64,000 nt of DNA from an uncultured Desulfobacteraceae bacterium. GTDB lineage: Bacteria; Desulfobacterota; Desulfobacteria; Desulfobacterales; UBA11574. Positions 18,901 to 28,407 of this stretch are shown one piece after another; within the stretch, counting starts at the first letter, position 1, and every line of letters starts with the position of its first letter. The translations under genes were made by a program, and so were the position numbers. The stretch spans positions 14,821 to 78,820 of the forward strand of contig CAYPIW010000124.1 in assembly GCA_964410925.1 (NCBI GenBank), given 5' to 3'. A model generated the notes under the pieces. That model searched no databases, had not been told where the DNA came from, and saw nothing but the letters and a program-made list of their open reading frames with translations.

Positions 18901-19732
18901 ACTTGACATCTTTGCGGGCGATAAGAATCTGTTCGAAGCGGTCCTTTACTCTGCGAATGCTGTGGGATACGAAAGAAAACCGGGGGCTGTCGAAAATGGC
19001 TTCCTGTACACCGGCCATGAAACGAAAACGCAGATCTTTGCAAACCTCGCCGATCTCTCGGAGAAAGTTCAGGTCCAAAATGAGCTCCTGATCCTTGCGG
19101 GTGCGCAGGTAATCGAGCAACTCGTCCACCACCAGGAGCAGACCGTGGTCGGGAAACTCCTGGTGAAATGCAGACATCATCTCTTCAAAAGAACGTTTAT
19201 TGCCGGACACCTCGGAGGTGGAAGGGAAACTGTAGCTTACGCCCATCGAGGCCAAATGCTCTTCCAGCTCAGCCACAAGGATGTCCCGAAACGACATGGT
19301 GGTGGCGCCAATCTCGGTGCGGACTACTTTGAACCGGCCTCCGATTTTCCCGGCGGCATCCGCTACATCAGTATTGTTGAGGTTAGCGGCAAGCTCGGGA
19401 TTCTCTGCAAGCCCGGAGATCACCGACATAAGATGGGACTTCCCGGTGCCGTAGTTGCCGACCACCAGCAACCCTTTGTTATCGGTTGGCTGATCGAACT
19501 GCAATTGTGGTATGACCAGACCAGTCAGTTTTTCCGCCATCTCTTCGGAAATGACGTAGGTCTTTACAAGCTGTCTGGCTGCATCCGCTTCATCGGCATC
19601 CCGCAGCTGGACCACGGACTCGATTGGATCAAACTCGATTAGGTCGCTGTATTTGATGCTTGCCATCCCTGGCTTGCCCCCTTCGGGCGTGCCTACGGCA
19701 CGTCCAAATTTGTTCTCCTGCAAATTTGTCAT
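15929..19732 (-). CDS. brxC: BREX P-loop ATPase BrxC/PglY
   Basis: 1267 aa with Walker [17 protein letters not shown] and Walker [12 protein letters not shown]. Its size and its position after brxF fit BrxC. Confidence 0.8.
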   Translation of the reverse strand: MTNLQENKFGRAVGTPEGGKPGMASIKYSDLIEFDPIESVVQLRDADEADAARQLVKTYVISEEMAEKLTGLVIPQLQFDQPTDNKGLLVVGNYGTGKSHLMSVISGLAENPELAANLNNTDVADAAGKIGGRFKVVRTEIGATTMSFRDILVAELEEHLASMGVSYSFPSTSEVSGNKRSFEEMMSAFHQEFPDHGLLLVVDELLDYLRTRKDQELILDLNFLREIGEVCKDLRFRFMAGVQEAIFDSPRFSFVSHSIRRVKDRFEQILIARKDVKFVVAERLLKKTGEQQAKIREYLTPFGKFYGHMNERMDEFVKLFPVHPDYIDSFERVTVVEKREVLKTLSLAMKKLLGQELPDDRPGLIAYDSYWTNLRENPSFRAVPDIKAVIDCSQVLESRIQLAFTRPAYKPIALRLIHALSIHRLTTGDIYSTIGATAEELRDGLCLYQPGIEELGGDPADDLLTQVETVLREIHKTVSGKFVSFNPDNRQFYLDLKKIEDVDAIIEQRAQTLEPSQLDRYYYEALKRVMECTDQTYVTGYKIWQYELEWLERKAARQGYLFFGAPNERSTAVPPRDFYLYFIQPFEPPHFKDVQKSDELFLRLTNMDEEFRTVLSSYAAAVDLAFRRSSQERIPYDQKSSGFLQDLVQWLQKNMATAFEVTYQGRTKSLTEWAKGKSIREFSGIGTHERINFRDLVNTIAGICMGAHFQDRAPEYPFFSVLITGANRDQAAQDALRAIAGQNRTKQATAVFDALELLDGERLDPYKSKYAKNILALLKKKGHGQVVNRSELIQDDKGLEYLDKDRYRLEPEWVIVVLAALVYRGALVLAIPGKEFDAMGLPQMASTGINELIQFKHIKQPKGWNLQALEALFELLGLTPGMAQLVTQGNTDPVTEMQTRIAKMIERVVMAQQSVQQGIVFWGKNLLDESALSTQSSALERLKCFLESLQAFNSPGKLKNFRYDAQEVTSHRDGLNSLAEIESLQELVTDIGSTASFLSTAEAVMPAEHEWVAKMKTARDEVLIQLVNPNKRSAAKFRQQTQRKLTDLKKTYVQAYLALHVKARLGVNEDKRKTKLMADDRLKVLQKLSTIELMPRQHLTDFQNRLGGLKSCFALTEQELNASPVCPNCNFKPGSEPLAAHAGSVLDGLDEELDKMVENWTQTLLTNLEDPTTKGNLNLLKSEPKKLVNGFIKKRVLPDNLDQDFIHALGEAFSGLQKVPVKIADLRAALLLGGSPVTPAEIKKRFEEYLDELTKGKEPGKVRIVLE

Positions 19733-19766
19733 CTCGCTTGCTCCCTTGCAATGGGATCTGTTGTTG

Positions 19767-20246
19767 TTAAGCTGTCGTCTCCGGGCTCGTCACCAGTAAA
19801 TCATGAACCGGATATCGCCTAAACTCAAGATGAGCCGGTTCCGCATAGGTCATAAAACCATCAACGATGGCGCCGTTCCATGAGGCAACCACAGTCTTGT
19901 TGCGCGACAGTCCCTGGAGCAGCCGTAGCGGGTCCTGTTTCAGACCCACATCGAAGAGTAGCTCGATGTTATCAAGCAAGGTTATCTTGCCTGCATCTTT
20001 TTCAACAATCTCCTGAAGGAGGCGCGGAAGCTGCAATGCCCGTTGGCGCAGGGTCAAATCCAGCATAAGGCGAGAAATCTCAAGGTTTACATTAACCAAT
20101 GGCGCGCCTGTGCGGTCCCTCACATCCCGGAGCGCAGCGGTTTTTCCGGCGCCTGAAGGTGCAACGACCAGCATCAGACGGTGATAGAACTCGTCGAGCT
20201 GTTTTACATTTCGCATGATCTTATCCGCAAGGGGTTCCGCCATCAC
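19767..20246 (-). CDS. brxF: BREX type 3 small P-loop protein BrxF
   Basis: 159 aa with Walker [14 protein letters not shown]. It lies directly upstream of brxC, as in type 3 loci. Confidence 0.7.
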   Translation of the reverse strand: MMAEPLADKIMRNVKQLDEFYHRLMLVVAPSGAGKTAALRDVRDRTGAPLVNVNLEISRLMLDLTLRQRALQLPRLLQEIVEKDAGKITLLDNIELLFDVGLKQDPLRLLQGLSRNKTVVASWNGAIVDGFMTYAEPAHLEFRRYPVHDLLVTSPETTA

Positions 20247-20255
20247 TCTTCTCCC

Positions 20256-20444
20256 TTACCTTTGTTGCGTCTCGGCCTGTCCTGACTTTACCCACTCATC
20301 AACTTCTTTTTTGCGGAACTTCCAGAGTCGGCCAACCTTGTGAGCTGGCATTTTCCTTCGGTCAATCCATTTGTATATTGTGTCTCGTTTAACACCCAAA
20401 TAGGTTGCAATTTCTTCAACCGAAATCCATCGATCATCCATCAT
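20256..20444 (-). CDS. excisionase/AlpA-type helix-turn-helix protein
   Basis: ISVEEIATYLGVKRDTIYKWIDRRKMPAHKVGRLWKFRKKEVDEWV matches the excisionase-family DNA-binding pattern. The start is set at the internal ATGATG, whereas the track ORF runs to 20516. It ends 9 bp before brxF. Confidence 0.7.
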   Translation of the reverse strand: MMDDRWISVEEIATYLGVKRDTIYKWIDRRKMPAHKVGRLWKFRKKEVDEWVKSGQAETQQR

Positions 20445-21060
20445 GAGAATATTCCACTTACCACTTATGATGCCCAATAATAATATCGGGTAGTTTCCAA
20501 GCTTGGAGAAAGCCAACAGACTTTATTTGTGATGTTTTGTCCAATAAACCATTAAATATACCAATAAAACATACTAAATAATCCAATCAAGTCAAGGTTT
20601 TTTACAAGAGGGGGTTAACATGACAGGATTTGTAGGATTATAAGTCTCTGCCGTTTATCTCTTTTTCTATCTTTTGAACTTCCATATCGGAATAAACAAA
20701 TAAACCAAGAAAATTCAGAAAATTTATATGGAGTTTAGATAACAAAGTGCAGCGGGGAGAAAGGCTTTTGTGTATAAGATAATTTTTTCGAATTGCCTTA
20801 AGATATCGTGTAAGACTCTTGGGATATTAGATGAACAAAAAAACCTGCAATAAGTCTGACAGATCCGAGCTTGGCTCTGATTGTATACAACTCCTATTTA
20901 TCCTGTATTTTGAAGCCGGTTTTTATTCTCCTTTATTTTGACAGTTAAACGAATAGAATATATTCGGTTTAGAAAAAAGGAATATTTATAATCGTATCGT
21001 CATCAAAATTGTGCGCTCAGAAGTTCTCATTTCAGGTTAAACATTACTTGACAAATATTT

Positions 21061-21100
21061 CGTCATATGTCATTTTATATGACGACTTATATGTCATAAT
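21061..21100 (+). promoter_or_regulatory. palindrome and direct repeats directly upstream of the DUF4143 ATPase gene
   Basis: The 8-bp inverted repeat cgtcatat / atatgacg is separated by 8 bp. The direct repeat atatgtcat occurs at 21065 and 21089. The cataat at 21095-21100 ends 6 nt before the ATG, and no Shine-Dalgarno is visible. Confidence 0.3.
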
Positions 21101-21106
21101 ACTGTC

Positions 21107-22255
21107 ATGAGTGAAAACATCCCATATATCAAGCGGTTGGTCGATTTAAATGTCTTATTGGATAAGAAGTCGCATTTTCTGCTCGGGCCTCGCCAGACAG
21201 GCAAAACATTTTTAATTCATCGTACACTGAAGAACGTTCGGGTCTATGATCTTCTGGACTCAGAGATCTATCTGGCATTAAGTCGAAACCCGGGGCGTAT
21301 TTCTGAAGAACTACAGCCACAAGACCGCATTGTTGTAGTCGATGAAATTCAAAGACTTCCGGAGCTTCTAAATGAAGTTCACCGTCTCATCGAAATACGA
21401 GGTATTCGTTTTCTGCTGACCGGATCAAGTGCGCGTAAGCTTAGACGCGGTGGAATCAATCTGCTGGGCGGCCGGGCGCGAACCAAATACCTGCACCCTT
21501 TAACATATAAAGAACTGAATGGGCATTTTGATTTATTCCTGGCGATAGAACGGGGACTGATTCCCTCGATCTACTTTTCAGATGATCCGCGTGCCGACCT
21601 GCAAGCATATGCCGGTGCTTATCTTCAGCAGGAAATCCTTGCTGAAGGGGCGACGCGTAATATACCGGCATTTAGCAGATTCCTTCGAGTCGCCGCATTC
21701 TGCAATGCCACGATAGTCAACTTTACCAACGTTGCCAATGACGCCCAGGTAGCAAGAACAACAGTTTACGAGTATTTTGAAATACTCAAAGATACCCTGA
21801 TTCTCTATGAGTTGCCGGCATGGAGGAAATCAAAGAAAAGGAAGCCTCTGGCTTCTTCGAAATATTATTTTTTTGATGTAGGTGCAGTGGCTGTGCTGCA
21901 GGAACGGGAATTCAGAGCCGGTACACCGGAATTCGGTGAGGCATTCGAGACTTACCTGATGCATGAACTGAAAAGTCACAGCGACTATATATCCGGCGAG
22001 CAGCTGAGCTATTGGCGTTCTACTTCCGGTTTTGAAGTTGATTTTATCATTGGCGACCATACTGCCTTAGAAGTAAAAGCCAAAAAAAACCTCTCTCCCA
22101 ATGACATTAAATCATTGCGAATGCTGGCGGAGGAGGGCAAACTGAAAAGATATATATGCGTCAGTATGGAGCCGCGAATGAGAAAAGTTGACAACATAAT
22201 TATTCTTCCATACAGGGAATTCTTGGAGTCGTTGTGGAACGGAGAGTACACATAG
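21107..22255 (+). CDS. AAA+ ATPase with DUF4143-type C-terminal domain
   Basis: 382 aa with Walker A LLGPRQTGKTFL and Walker B IVVVDEIQRLPEL. The C-terminal WRSTSGFEVDFII restriction-endonuclease-like segment is typical of this family. Confidence 0.75.
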   Translation: MSENIPYIKRLVDLNVLLDKKSHFLLGPRQTGKTFLIHRTLKNVRVYDLLDSEIYLALSRNPGRISEELQPQDRIVVVDEIQRLPELLNEVHRLIEIRGIRFLLTGSSARKLRRGGINLLGGRARTKYLHPLTYKELNGHFDLFLAIERGLIPSIYFSDDPRADLQAYAGAYLQQEILAEGATRNIPAFSRFLRVAAFCNATIVNFTNVANDAQVARTTVYEYFEILKDTLILYELPAWRKSKKRKPLASSKYYFFDVGAVAVLQEREFRAGTPEFGEAFETYLMHELKSHSDYISGEQLSYWRSTSGFEVDFIIGDHTALEVKAKKNLSPNDIKSLRMLAEEGKLKRYICVSMEPRMRKVDNIIILPYREFLESLWNGEYT

Positions 22256-22640
22256 CATATCTAAGGAGGATTGGTGTCAAATCTTGTATTGTGAATAAGA
22301 ATATTTATACATTTAATATCAGTATATTAGGATCGCCATGAAAGTTTGATTTGTCAAATGAGACGTTCGTGCAGAAAGTTCCTGGCGAGCGAATATTAAT
22401 ATTGAGAACCATGTATTAGTACTTAAATTAGCGATGTTGATGCACCTATTTATCTGATCATCATAGAAAGTGATCGTTTCTGTGTTATCCATCTATCCCC
22501 TAAGGATATCAGCCAACCGGAAATCCTGAAATATGTCTGACAACTATTCTGATATTCTATATTATATAACCCGGACCGAGAAATTTGCTATCATGCCCCT
22601 TAAATTCGTGTGATATCGTACCCAAAGTACAGATAGATAT

Positions 22641-22669
22641 GCACCTGTCCACACCCTATCCGCACCCTG
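22641..22669 (+). repeat. three CACC(C)T repeats near the tRNA-proximal island end
   Basis: The sequence gcacct-gtcca-caccct-atccg-caccct has ~11-bp spacing. The last 18 bp match 2473-2490 at 17 of 18 positions. Confidence 0.4.
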
Positions 22670-22707
22670 CAAAAATGAAAAAGCCATAACATTTTGATAT
22701 TATGGCT
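22670..22707 (-). terminator. rho-independent terminator after the intact tRNA
   Basis: The minus strand reads AGCCAUAA-UAUCAAAAUG-UUAUGGCU followed by UUUUCAUUUUU, just downstream of the tRNA CCA end. Confidence 0.65.
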
Positions 22708-22719
22708 GTTCTCTATCTG

Positions 22720-22796
22720 TGGTGGCGATGCAGGGAATCGAACCCCGGACACTGCGGATATGAGCCGCATGCTCTGACCGTCTGAGCTACATCGCC
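22720..22796 (-). tRNA. tRNA with CAU anticodon (elongator Met type; Ile2/lysidine type not excluded)
   Basis: The reverse complement is GGCGATGTAGCTCAGACGGTCAGAGCATGCGGCTCATATCCGCAGTGTCCGGGGTTCGATTCCCTGCATCGCCACCA. It folds as a cloverleaf with a 7-bp acceptor stem, anticodon loop CTCATAT, TPsiC GGTTCGATTCC and an encoded CCA. Confidence 0.9.
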
Positions 22797-23122
22797 AAGA
22801 TGAGACCTTTGCAAAACGTCCCCTTTTGCCCAACCCCGGCGTCAGGCTCAAATTTTAATCCTCAAAATACTCAATGTATTCCTGTGGTTAAAATTTTCGC
22901 CTTTCTTAGTCTTGAACAAAATTGAACGTTTTTCAATGGTCTCAGGATAACTTTGAATTTTTTTTAAACACAGAATCAATGGCCAGTTGTGTTGCATAAA
23001 ATTTTTTCAATATATTTATACAACAGACCTTCAAATTTTTGGATCGGTTTTCCTAACAGCTTACTTTTGTTTAGTCAAGTCATAAAATTGCTTTGTAATT
23101 TTCAGCAGATTTCAGGCCTCGA

Positions 23123-24685
23123 TTATTGTGGAATCGATCCCTCGGCCTCAATAGCAAACTCTTCCAGATTGACCGGCAGATTGCTGAATACAATCATAAA
23201 CGGCAACTCTTGGCCGGGTTTAACCCCTATATTGGAGTTATTATCGCCCATACGATTTGACAGTCGCTCTTTAATCGCTGAAAGCGTAAGATTAGAAAGT
23301 TCAATATCCGACAGAACATTTCCGCAAAAAACGCTCTCTTCCTGAACAAGGATTTTTCCTTTTGAATACAGTTTCCCGATTACCTTGATATAACTGCGGG
23401 CATCTGAATATCCATTCTTAATTTTACCGGTTACTGCAAAAAGCTTTCCTGCTTTGGCATTTTTTACAAACGCACTCTCAACATCTAACGTGTCTATTCT
23501 GAGATTGCCGGCCGGATCCGAAATTTGAGGTTTAAAATAATTGCTGACAAAAGGAATCTCAATATTCATAAAATCAAGCAAAACATAAATGCCGTAACCA
23601 CCGCCTCCCAAAAGCACTAATATCAGCAAAACAATTAACGGCTTGCTGATCCGTTTTTCCACAGCGGATTTTGCGGTTGCCACCACCGGTTGCTCATCAA
23701 TAATTTCCTCTTCTGATAGATCATCCTGACCCGTATCTTCAATTTCAAATTGTTGCTCTATCTCTTCTGTTTCAGAAAATTCAACGGTTTCGAGTTTATC
23801 TGCGGCCGCTTCAATCTCATCAAGTTCGGTTCCTGATGTCTCCTCCACCAAAGGAGAATCCACAGGTTCCGCTTCCTCTTCGGTTTCCTCTTCTTTTGTC
23901 TCAAACATCATCTCTATATCTGACAAATCAATCTCTTCCAACGCTTCAGGTTCGACACTCTCCCCATCATCCTCCGGAACCTTTTCAACTTCGGATTCCG
24001 TATCCAATTCAAGTTCAAGTTCTTCCGGCTCCATCCCGTCTTTTTCCTGGGTTGCCGGTTCTTCCAAATCGAGCAAATCCTCTATATCCGACAGATCGAG
24101 TGTATCCGCTTCCTGGATCTTTGCTTCCGACCCGAGAGGCTCAGTCGCCTTTTCAGATTCAGGCTCAAAATCCAGATCCAGATCTAGTTTGAAATCTTCA
24201 ATGGCCTCATTCACATCATCTTGCTTTTCCGGAACTTGCGTTATATCCAGCATCTCTTCCATATCCGACATATCGAATTCGTCCGGTTCCCCGCGCTTGG
24301 CTTCGGCCTCAAGATGCTCGAGCGCCTTTTCAGATCCGGACTCTAAATCCAGATCCAGTTCAAAATCTTCAATGCCTCCGCCAGTATCCCTTTGTCCTTC
24401 CGAAACTTCTTCCTCTGCAAACAATTTTTCCAGGTCCGGCAAGTCAAGTTCACCAGACTCTGAGTCATCCGACTGTCCGGTTTCAGAGTCTTCAGTCTCT
24501 TGTTCCAATTCAAGATCAAGGTCCGATAACATTTCATCCGGTTTTTTAACCTCTTCCGGAGGTGCAGGTGGATAGGCCATAAAAATTTCTTTACATTTTG
24601 AGCATCGAACTTTAGAACCCTCTGGTTTCAGAAGACTTTCATTTAAATTGAAACTGGCGTTACATGCCTTACAGGTAATAATCAT
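23123..24685 (-). CDS. MJ0042-type zinc-ribbon protein with acidic repeat region, one TM helix and DUF3426-like C-terminal domain
   Basis: The N-terminus is MIITCKACNASFNLNE...KVRCSKCKEIF. About 300 aa of D/E-rich repeats follow, then the TM helix PLIVLLILVLLGGGGYGIYVLL and a globular C-terminus. Confidence 0.7.
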   Translation of the reverse strand: MIITCKACNASFNLNESLLKPEGSKVRCSKCKEIFMAYPPAPPEEVKKPDEMLSDLDLELEQETEDSETGQSDDSESGELDLPDLEKLFAEEEVSEGQRDTGGGIEDFELDLDLESGSEKALEHLEAEAKRGEPDEFDMSDMEEMLDITQVPEKQDDVNEAIEDFKLDLDLDFEPESEKATEPLGSEAKIQEADTLDLSDIEDLLDLEEPATQEKDGMEPEELELELDTESEVEKVPEDDGESVEPEALEEIDLSDIEMMFETKEEETEEEAEPVDSPLVEETSGTELDEIEAAADKLETVEFSETEEIEQQFEIEDTGQDDLSEEEIIDEQPVVATAKSAVEKRISKPLIVLLILVLLGGGGYGIYVLLDFMNIEIPFVSNYFKPQISDPAGNLRIDTLDVESAFVKNAKAGKLFAVTGKIKNGYSDARSYIKVIGKLYSKGKILVQEESVFCGNVLSDIELSNLTLSAIKERLSNRMGDNNSNIGVKPGQELPFMIVFSNLPVNLEEFAIEAEGSIPQ

Positions 24686-24702
24686 AATATATACCCCACC
24701 GC

Positions 24703-25230
24703 TTAAAATTTAAGGTGATAAATCCCCGCTAAGTATCTATAGTCTTCATTATAATCGAGGCCATAACCCACAAGGAACCCTTCGGTCATTTCATGGCAGG
24801 CATAGTGAATTTTAATATTTGCATTACGGCGTTCGTGTTTGTTAATCAGGGCACAAATTTTAACAGTTTTCGGATGAAACGTTTTTAAATAATCGATGAG
24901 ATAAGATAAAGTCAAACCTGTATCCACAATGTCTTCTACAAGCAGTACATTTTTATTATTAATATCGATCTCTATCTCTTTTGTTAAACGAATCTTCCCC
25001 GATGATGAAGCGCTGGAGCCGTAGCTGCGAACCCGTATAAAATCAATTTTAACCGGGATAGTGAGATGCCGCACAAGATCAGATAAAAAGACGAACGCCC
25101 CTTTTAAGATCCCGATGAGAATAAGTTCCTGATCCTGATAGTCGGATGAAATCTTGTACGCAACCCGGGCGACCATTTTGTCAACATCATTTTTACTCAA
25201 AACAGGAATAAGTTCAAGCATAATCAGCAA
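24703..25230 (-). CDS. hpt: hypoxanthine phosphoribosyltransferase
   Basis: PRPP-binding motif VLLVEDIVDTGLTLS and the typical length of 175 aa. Confidence 0.85.
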   Translation of the reverse strand: MLIMLELIPVLSKNDVDKMVARVAYKISSDYQDQELILIGILKGAFVFLSDLVRHLTIPVKIDFIRVRSYGSSASSSGKIRLTKEIEIDINNKNVLLVEDIVDTGLTLSYLIDYLKTFHPKTVKICALINKHERRNANIKIHYACHEMTEGFLVGYGLDYNEDYRYLAGIYHLKF

Positions 25231-25365
25231 ATTATAAATATTCGGGACCGGGTTAAGCCACCAGGGTGCTTCCTTGCCATTTCTCCGCTGAACTCTTCTC
25301 AGTCGGCCGGTTATTTTTTTTGGATTTTAGGCTTTTTAGTCACTCTTGTCAATAAATTTAATTCC

Positions 25366-26280
25366 TTACAGGCCAACTTCTGCCAGCTGTTCAATCAGTT
25401 TTTTTTGCTTTTTGGTAAGCTTTGCCGGCATGTTTACCTGGATATATACATAAAGATCCCCCGTGTCTTTGCCATTCATATAGGGAAGTCCGTGTCCTGC
25501 AAGACGCATCTTGGTTTTGTGTTTTGTTCCTGGAGGTATTTTCAAGCTTAATTCTTTTTTGTCGAGTGTGGGAACAGAAATACTCGATCCGAGAAGCGCC
25601 TCGCTCAGTTTTATTTCTCTATACATATAAAGATCATACCCTTTAGACTCATAAACCGCATTATTCAGCACTTTGGATTGTATATACAGATCTCCGGAAG
25701 GCCCGCCATATGGGTCCGGATCACCCTTGCCCGCAATACGAAGTTTCTTGCCGGATATCATTCCTTTTGGAATCTTTACCGTAATCTTTTCACTACGTCC
25801 CTGATGTTGGTATGACACGGTTTTACTCGTTCCCGTTGCCACTTCCTCCAATGTCAGCGGCAACTCATACACCAGATCTACTCCTTTTGACCGGGCTTTT
25901 TGTTGCCTCTGATAACCATCAAACGGAGATCCCCCTCCAAAGGAAAACCGCGTGCCGTTACCCCGGCCGGAAAACCCCCGTCCCTTTCCGAACACCTCAC
26001 TGAGTATACTGTCAAAATCGAATCCCTTAAAAATATCTTCCTGTGAAAAACGCTGCTGGAATCCTTCGGCACCAAACGTATCATACTGTTTGCGTTTCTC
26101 CGTGTCACTCAGAACCGCATATGCTTCGCTTATTTTTTTAAATTTTTCTTCAGCGCTTTTATTCCCTTTTGTATGGTCGGGATGATACTTCATCGCAAGC
26201 TTCCGATAAGATTTCTTAATATCTTCTTTGGAAGCGTTTTTATCGACGCCAAGTATTTTATAATAATCTGTTTCAGACAT
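25366..26280 (-). CDS. cbpA: J-domain co-chaperone, CbpA-like (no zinc-finger domain)
   Basis: J domain DYYKILGV...[14 protein letters not shown], a G-rich linker and DnaJ C-terminal domains. The CxxCxGxG repeats are absent. Confidence 0.75.
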   Translation of the reverse strand: MSETDYYKILGVDKNASKEDIKKSYRKLAMKYHPDHTKGNKSAEEKFKKISEAYAVLSDTEKRKQYDTFGAEGFQQRFSQEDIFKGFDFDSILSEVFGKGRGFSGRGNGTRFSFGGGSPFDGYQRQQKARSKGVDLVYELPLTLEEVATGTSKTVSYQHQGRSEKITVKIPKGMISGKKLRIAGKGDPDPYGGPSGDLYIQSKVLNNAVYESKGYDLYMYREIKLSEALLGSSISVPTLDKKELSLKIPPGTKHKTKMRLAGHGLPYMNGKDTGDLYVYIQVNMPAKLTKKQKKLIEQLAEVGL

Positions 26281-26355
26281 CTTAAAATTACCTCAATTTT
26301 ATAGTTTATTTTTATAAGCCTTCAAAATAAGTTGAAAATAATTAGGTGTCAAGGA

Positions 26356-28266
26356 TCATTCGATTTTTTGATTTCCGGTTTCGGATGGATATTTCTCAGC
26401 AGCTTTGAGGGAAATCATAATTACAGAAAGAGCGGCAGGGGTGATTCCATCTATGCGGGAAGCCTGGCCTAGTGACGAAGGCATTGTGTCGGAAAGTTTT
26501 TCTTTGAGTTCATTTGAAAGTCCGTGCACCGTTTTAAAATCAAAATCTTCCGGTATTTTCATCCGTTCCAGGTTCTTGAATTTTTCGATTTCCTTGAGCT
26601 GCCGCTTGATATATCCTTCGTATTTGATTTCTATTTCCACCTGCCGGGCAACAGATTCACTGATGTTGTAAGGGCTTTCGGACAGTTCTTGTGCGGCACG
26701 GTAATCAAGCTCGGCCCTTTTTAGAAGCTGATCCAGAAAGATGCCGCTTTTTAACGGTCTTGTCCCATGACTGAGCAAATACTCATTTATCTTTTTATCA
26801 GGCTTTATCACGGTTCCTTTTATTCTTCCAATCTCTCTGGCAATCTGCTTTTTTCGTTCATTTACATCTTTTAATGTATCATGATCGATTAAACCCAATT
26901 CATAACCGGTTTCCATTAATCTCAAATCCGCATTATCCTCCCGAAGCATAAGCCTGTATTCGGCCCGTGACGTAAACATGCGGTATGGTTCCCGGGTGCC
27001 CCTTGTAACAAGATCATCTATCATGACCGCCATGTACGCCTGTGACCTGTCGAGAATGAACCTGGGCCTTCCCTGGATCTTGCAGGCGGCATTGATTCCT
27101 GACCATATGCCCTGGGCAGCGGCTTCTTCATACCCCGATGTTCCGTTAATCTGACCGGCCATATAAAGTCCTGAAACCCGCTTTGTTTCAAGGGTGGGCT
27201 TGAGATGGACAGGATTGACATAGTCGTATTCTATGGCATACGCAGGGCGCATGATCTCAGCCGCTTCCAATCCTTCGACGGATCTGACAAACTGGATTTG
27301 AATTTCCATGGGAAGGCTGTTCCCCAGGCCGCTGGCATAAATCTCATCGGTATCAAGTCCTTCAGGCTCAAGAATTATCTGATGCCTTTCCTTATCCGGA
27401 AACTTGACCATCTTATCTTCAAACGAGGGGCAGTAGCGGGCAGAAACGCCTGTTATCATACCACCATAAAGGGCCGATCGTTTAAGGTTTTTTTTCACAA
27501 TCTGGTGGCTTTTCTGGTTGGTATGCCCGATATAGCTTGGAAGCTGGGGAATGTTAATCTTTTCGGTAAAGAATGAAAAAGGTTTTGGCTCCTCTTCCGA
27601 CCCGTGCTCTGTAAATTTGCTAAAATCGATGGTTGATTTTTTCAGCCTGGGCGGTGTGCCTGTCTTCATTCTTCCGAGCTCAAACCCCAGCTCCCTCAGA
27701 TAAGCGGGAAGACCATACGATGCAAACTCGCCGGCCCTGCCGGACCGGACTGATTTAAAGCCTATGTGTACCAATCCGCTTAAAAAAGTTCCTGTGGCCA
27801 GCACAACGGCATCGGCCCGGTATCCAAAACCGGTTTGATCTTCCACACCAGCTATCCTGTTGTCCTCAACAACAAGTCGTTCAACCATGGCCTGTTTAAG
27901 ATCCAGGTTGGGCTGTTTTTCAATGACGGCCTTCATGGCCATATGATAACGGATTTTATCGTTTTGCGTTCGAGAGGATTGGACGGCAGGGCCCTTTTTG
28001 GTGTTCAGTGTTCGATATTGAATGGCGGTTTTATCCGTGATCTTTGCCATTTCACCGCCCAGGGCATCTATCTCTTTTACAAGCTGTCCCTTTGCCATAC
28101 CCCCGATAGACGGGCTGCAAGGCATTGCGGCCACCTTGTCCAGATCTATGGCCATAAGAAGAACGTAACATCCCATTCTTGCGGCCGCAAGTGCAGCCTC
28201 ACATCCGGCATGACCGGCACCGACAACAATAATGTCGTATTTTTTCCGGTAGAAAACCATAAGCAA
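26356..28266 (-). CDS. mnmG: tRNA uridine 5-carboxymethylaminomethyl modification enzyme MnmG/GidA
   Basis: 636 aa with the FAD motif [16 protein letters not shown] and the typical GidA body and C-terminus. Confidence 0.9.
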   Translation of the reverse strand: MLMVFYRKKYDIIVVGAGHAGCEAALAAARMGCYVLLMAIDLDKVAAMPCSPSIGGMAKGQLVKEIDALGGEMAKITDKTAIQYRTLNTKKGPAVQSSRTQNDKIRYHMAMKAVIEKQPNLDLKQAMVERLVVEDNRIAGVEDQTGFGYRADAVVLATGTFLSGLVHIGFKSVRSGRAGEFASYGLPAYLRELGFELGRMKTGTPPRLKKSTIDFSKFTEHGSEEEPKPFSFFTEKINIPQLPSYIGHTNQKSHQIVKKNLKRSALYGGMITGVSARYCPSFEDKMVKFPDKERHQIILEPEGLDTDEIYASGLGNSLPMEIQIQFVRSVEGLEAAEIMRPAYAIEYDYVNPVHLKPTLETKRVSGLYMAGQINGTSGYEEAAAQGIWSGINAACKIQGRPRFILDRSQAYMAVMIDDLVTRGTREPYRMFTSRAEYRLMLREDNADLRLMETGYELGLIDHDTLKDVNERKKQIAREIGRIKGTVIKPDKKINEYLLSHGTRPLKSGIFLDQLLKRAELDYRAAQELSESPYNISESVARQVEIEIKYEGYIKRQLKEIEKFKNLERMKIPEDFDFKTVHGLSNELKEKLSDTMPSSLGQASRIDGITPAALSVIMISLKAAEKYPSETGNQKIE

Positions 28267-28407
28267 AAATATTTCCGTTAAATTATTTTACAATCTTTCC
28301 TCAATAAAATATATATTATAAAAATAATCATTAATTAGCCAGAAATAATTTCAACGGAAATTTTTCTTGGCTGTTAGCACAAAATTCACCCGTAAGAATT
28401 CAATCAC

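Larger units (their letters stand above)
2381..22740. mobile_element. tRNA-Met-associated genomic (defence) island, integrase-less
   Basis: It is bounded by perfect 21-bp direct repeats derived from the tRNA 3' end. The content is BREX plus other defence-type genes and an Xis-like HTH. The DNA is visibly GC-richer than both flanks (by eye). Confidence 0.75.

Noticed and set aside
22256-22719. Looked for an integrase gene or pseudogene next to the tRNA
   Set aside because: There is no ORF of 60 aa or more, and I could not recognise any recombinase motif (such as HxxR...Y) in any frame by eye. I report this as an absence rather than as a pseudogene. It needs a tblastn check.
22600-22851. 83-aa ORF overlapping the tRNA
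   Set aside because: It covers the tRNA-Met gene and its terminator, and the tRNA cloverleaf explains the region.
23836-24575. Ser/Pro-rich plus-strand ORFs of 118 and 128 aa
   Set aside because: They are antisense translations of the GAx-rich acidic repeat region of the 520-aa zinc-ribbon protein, so they are compositional artefacts.
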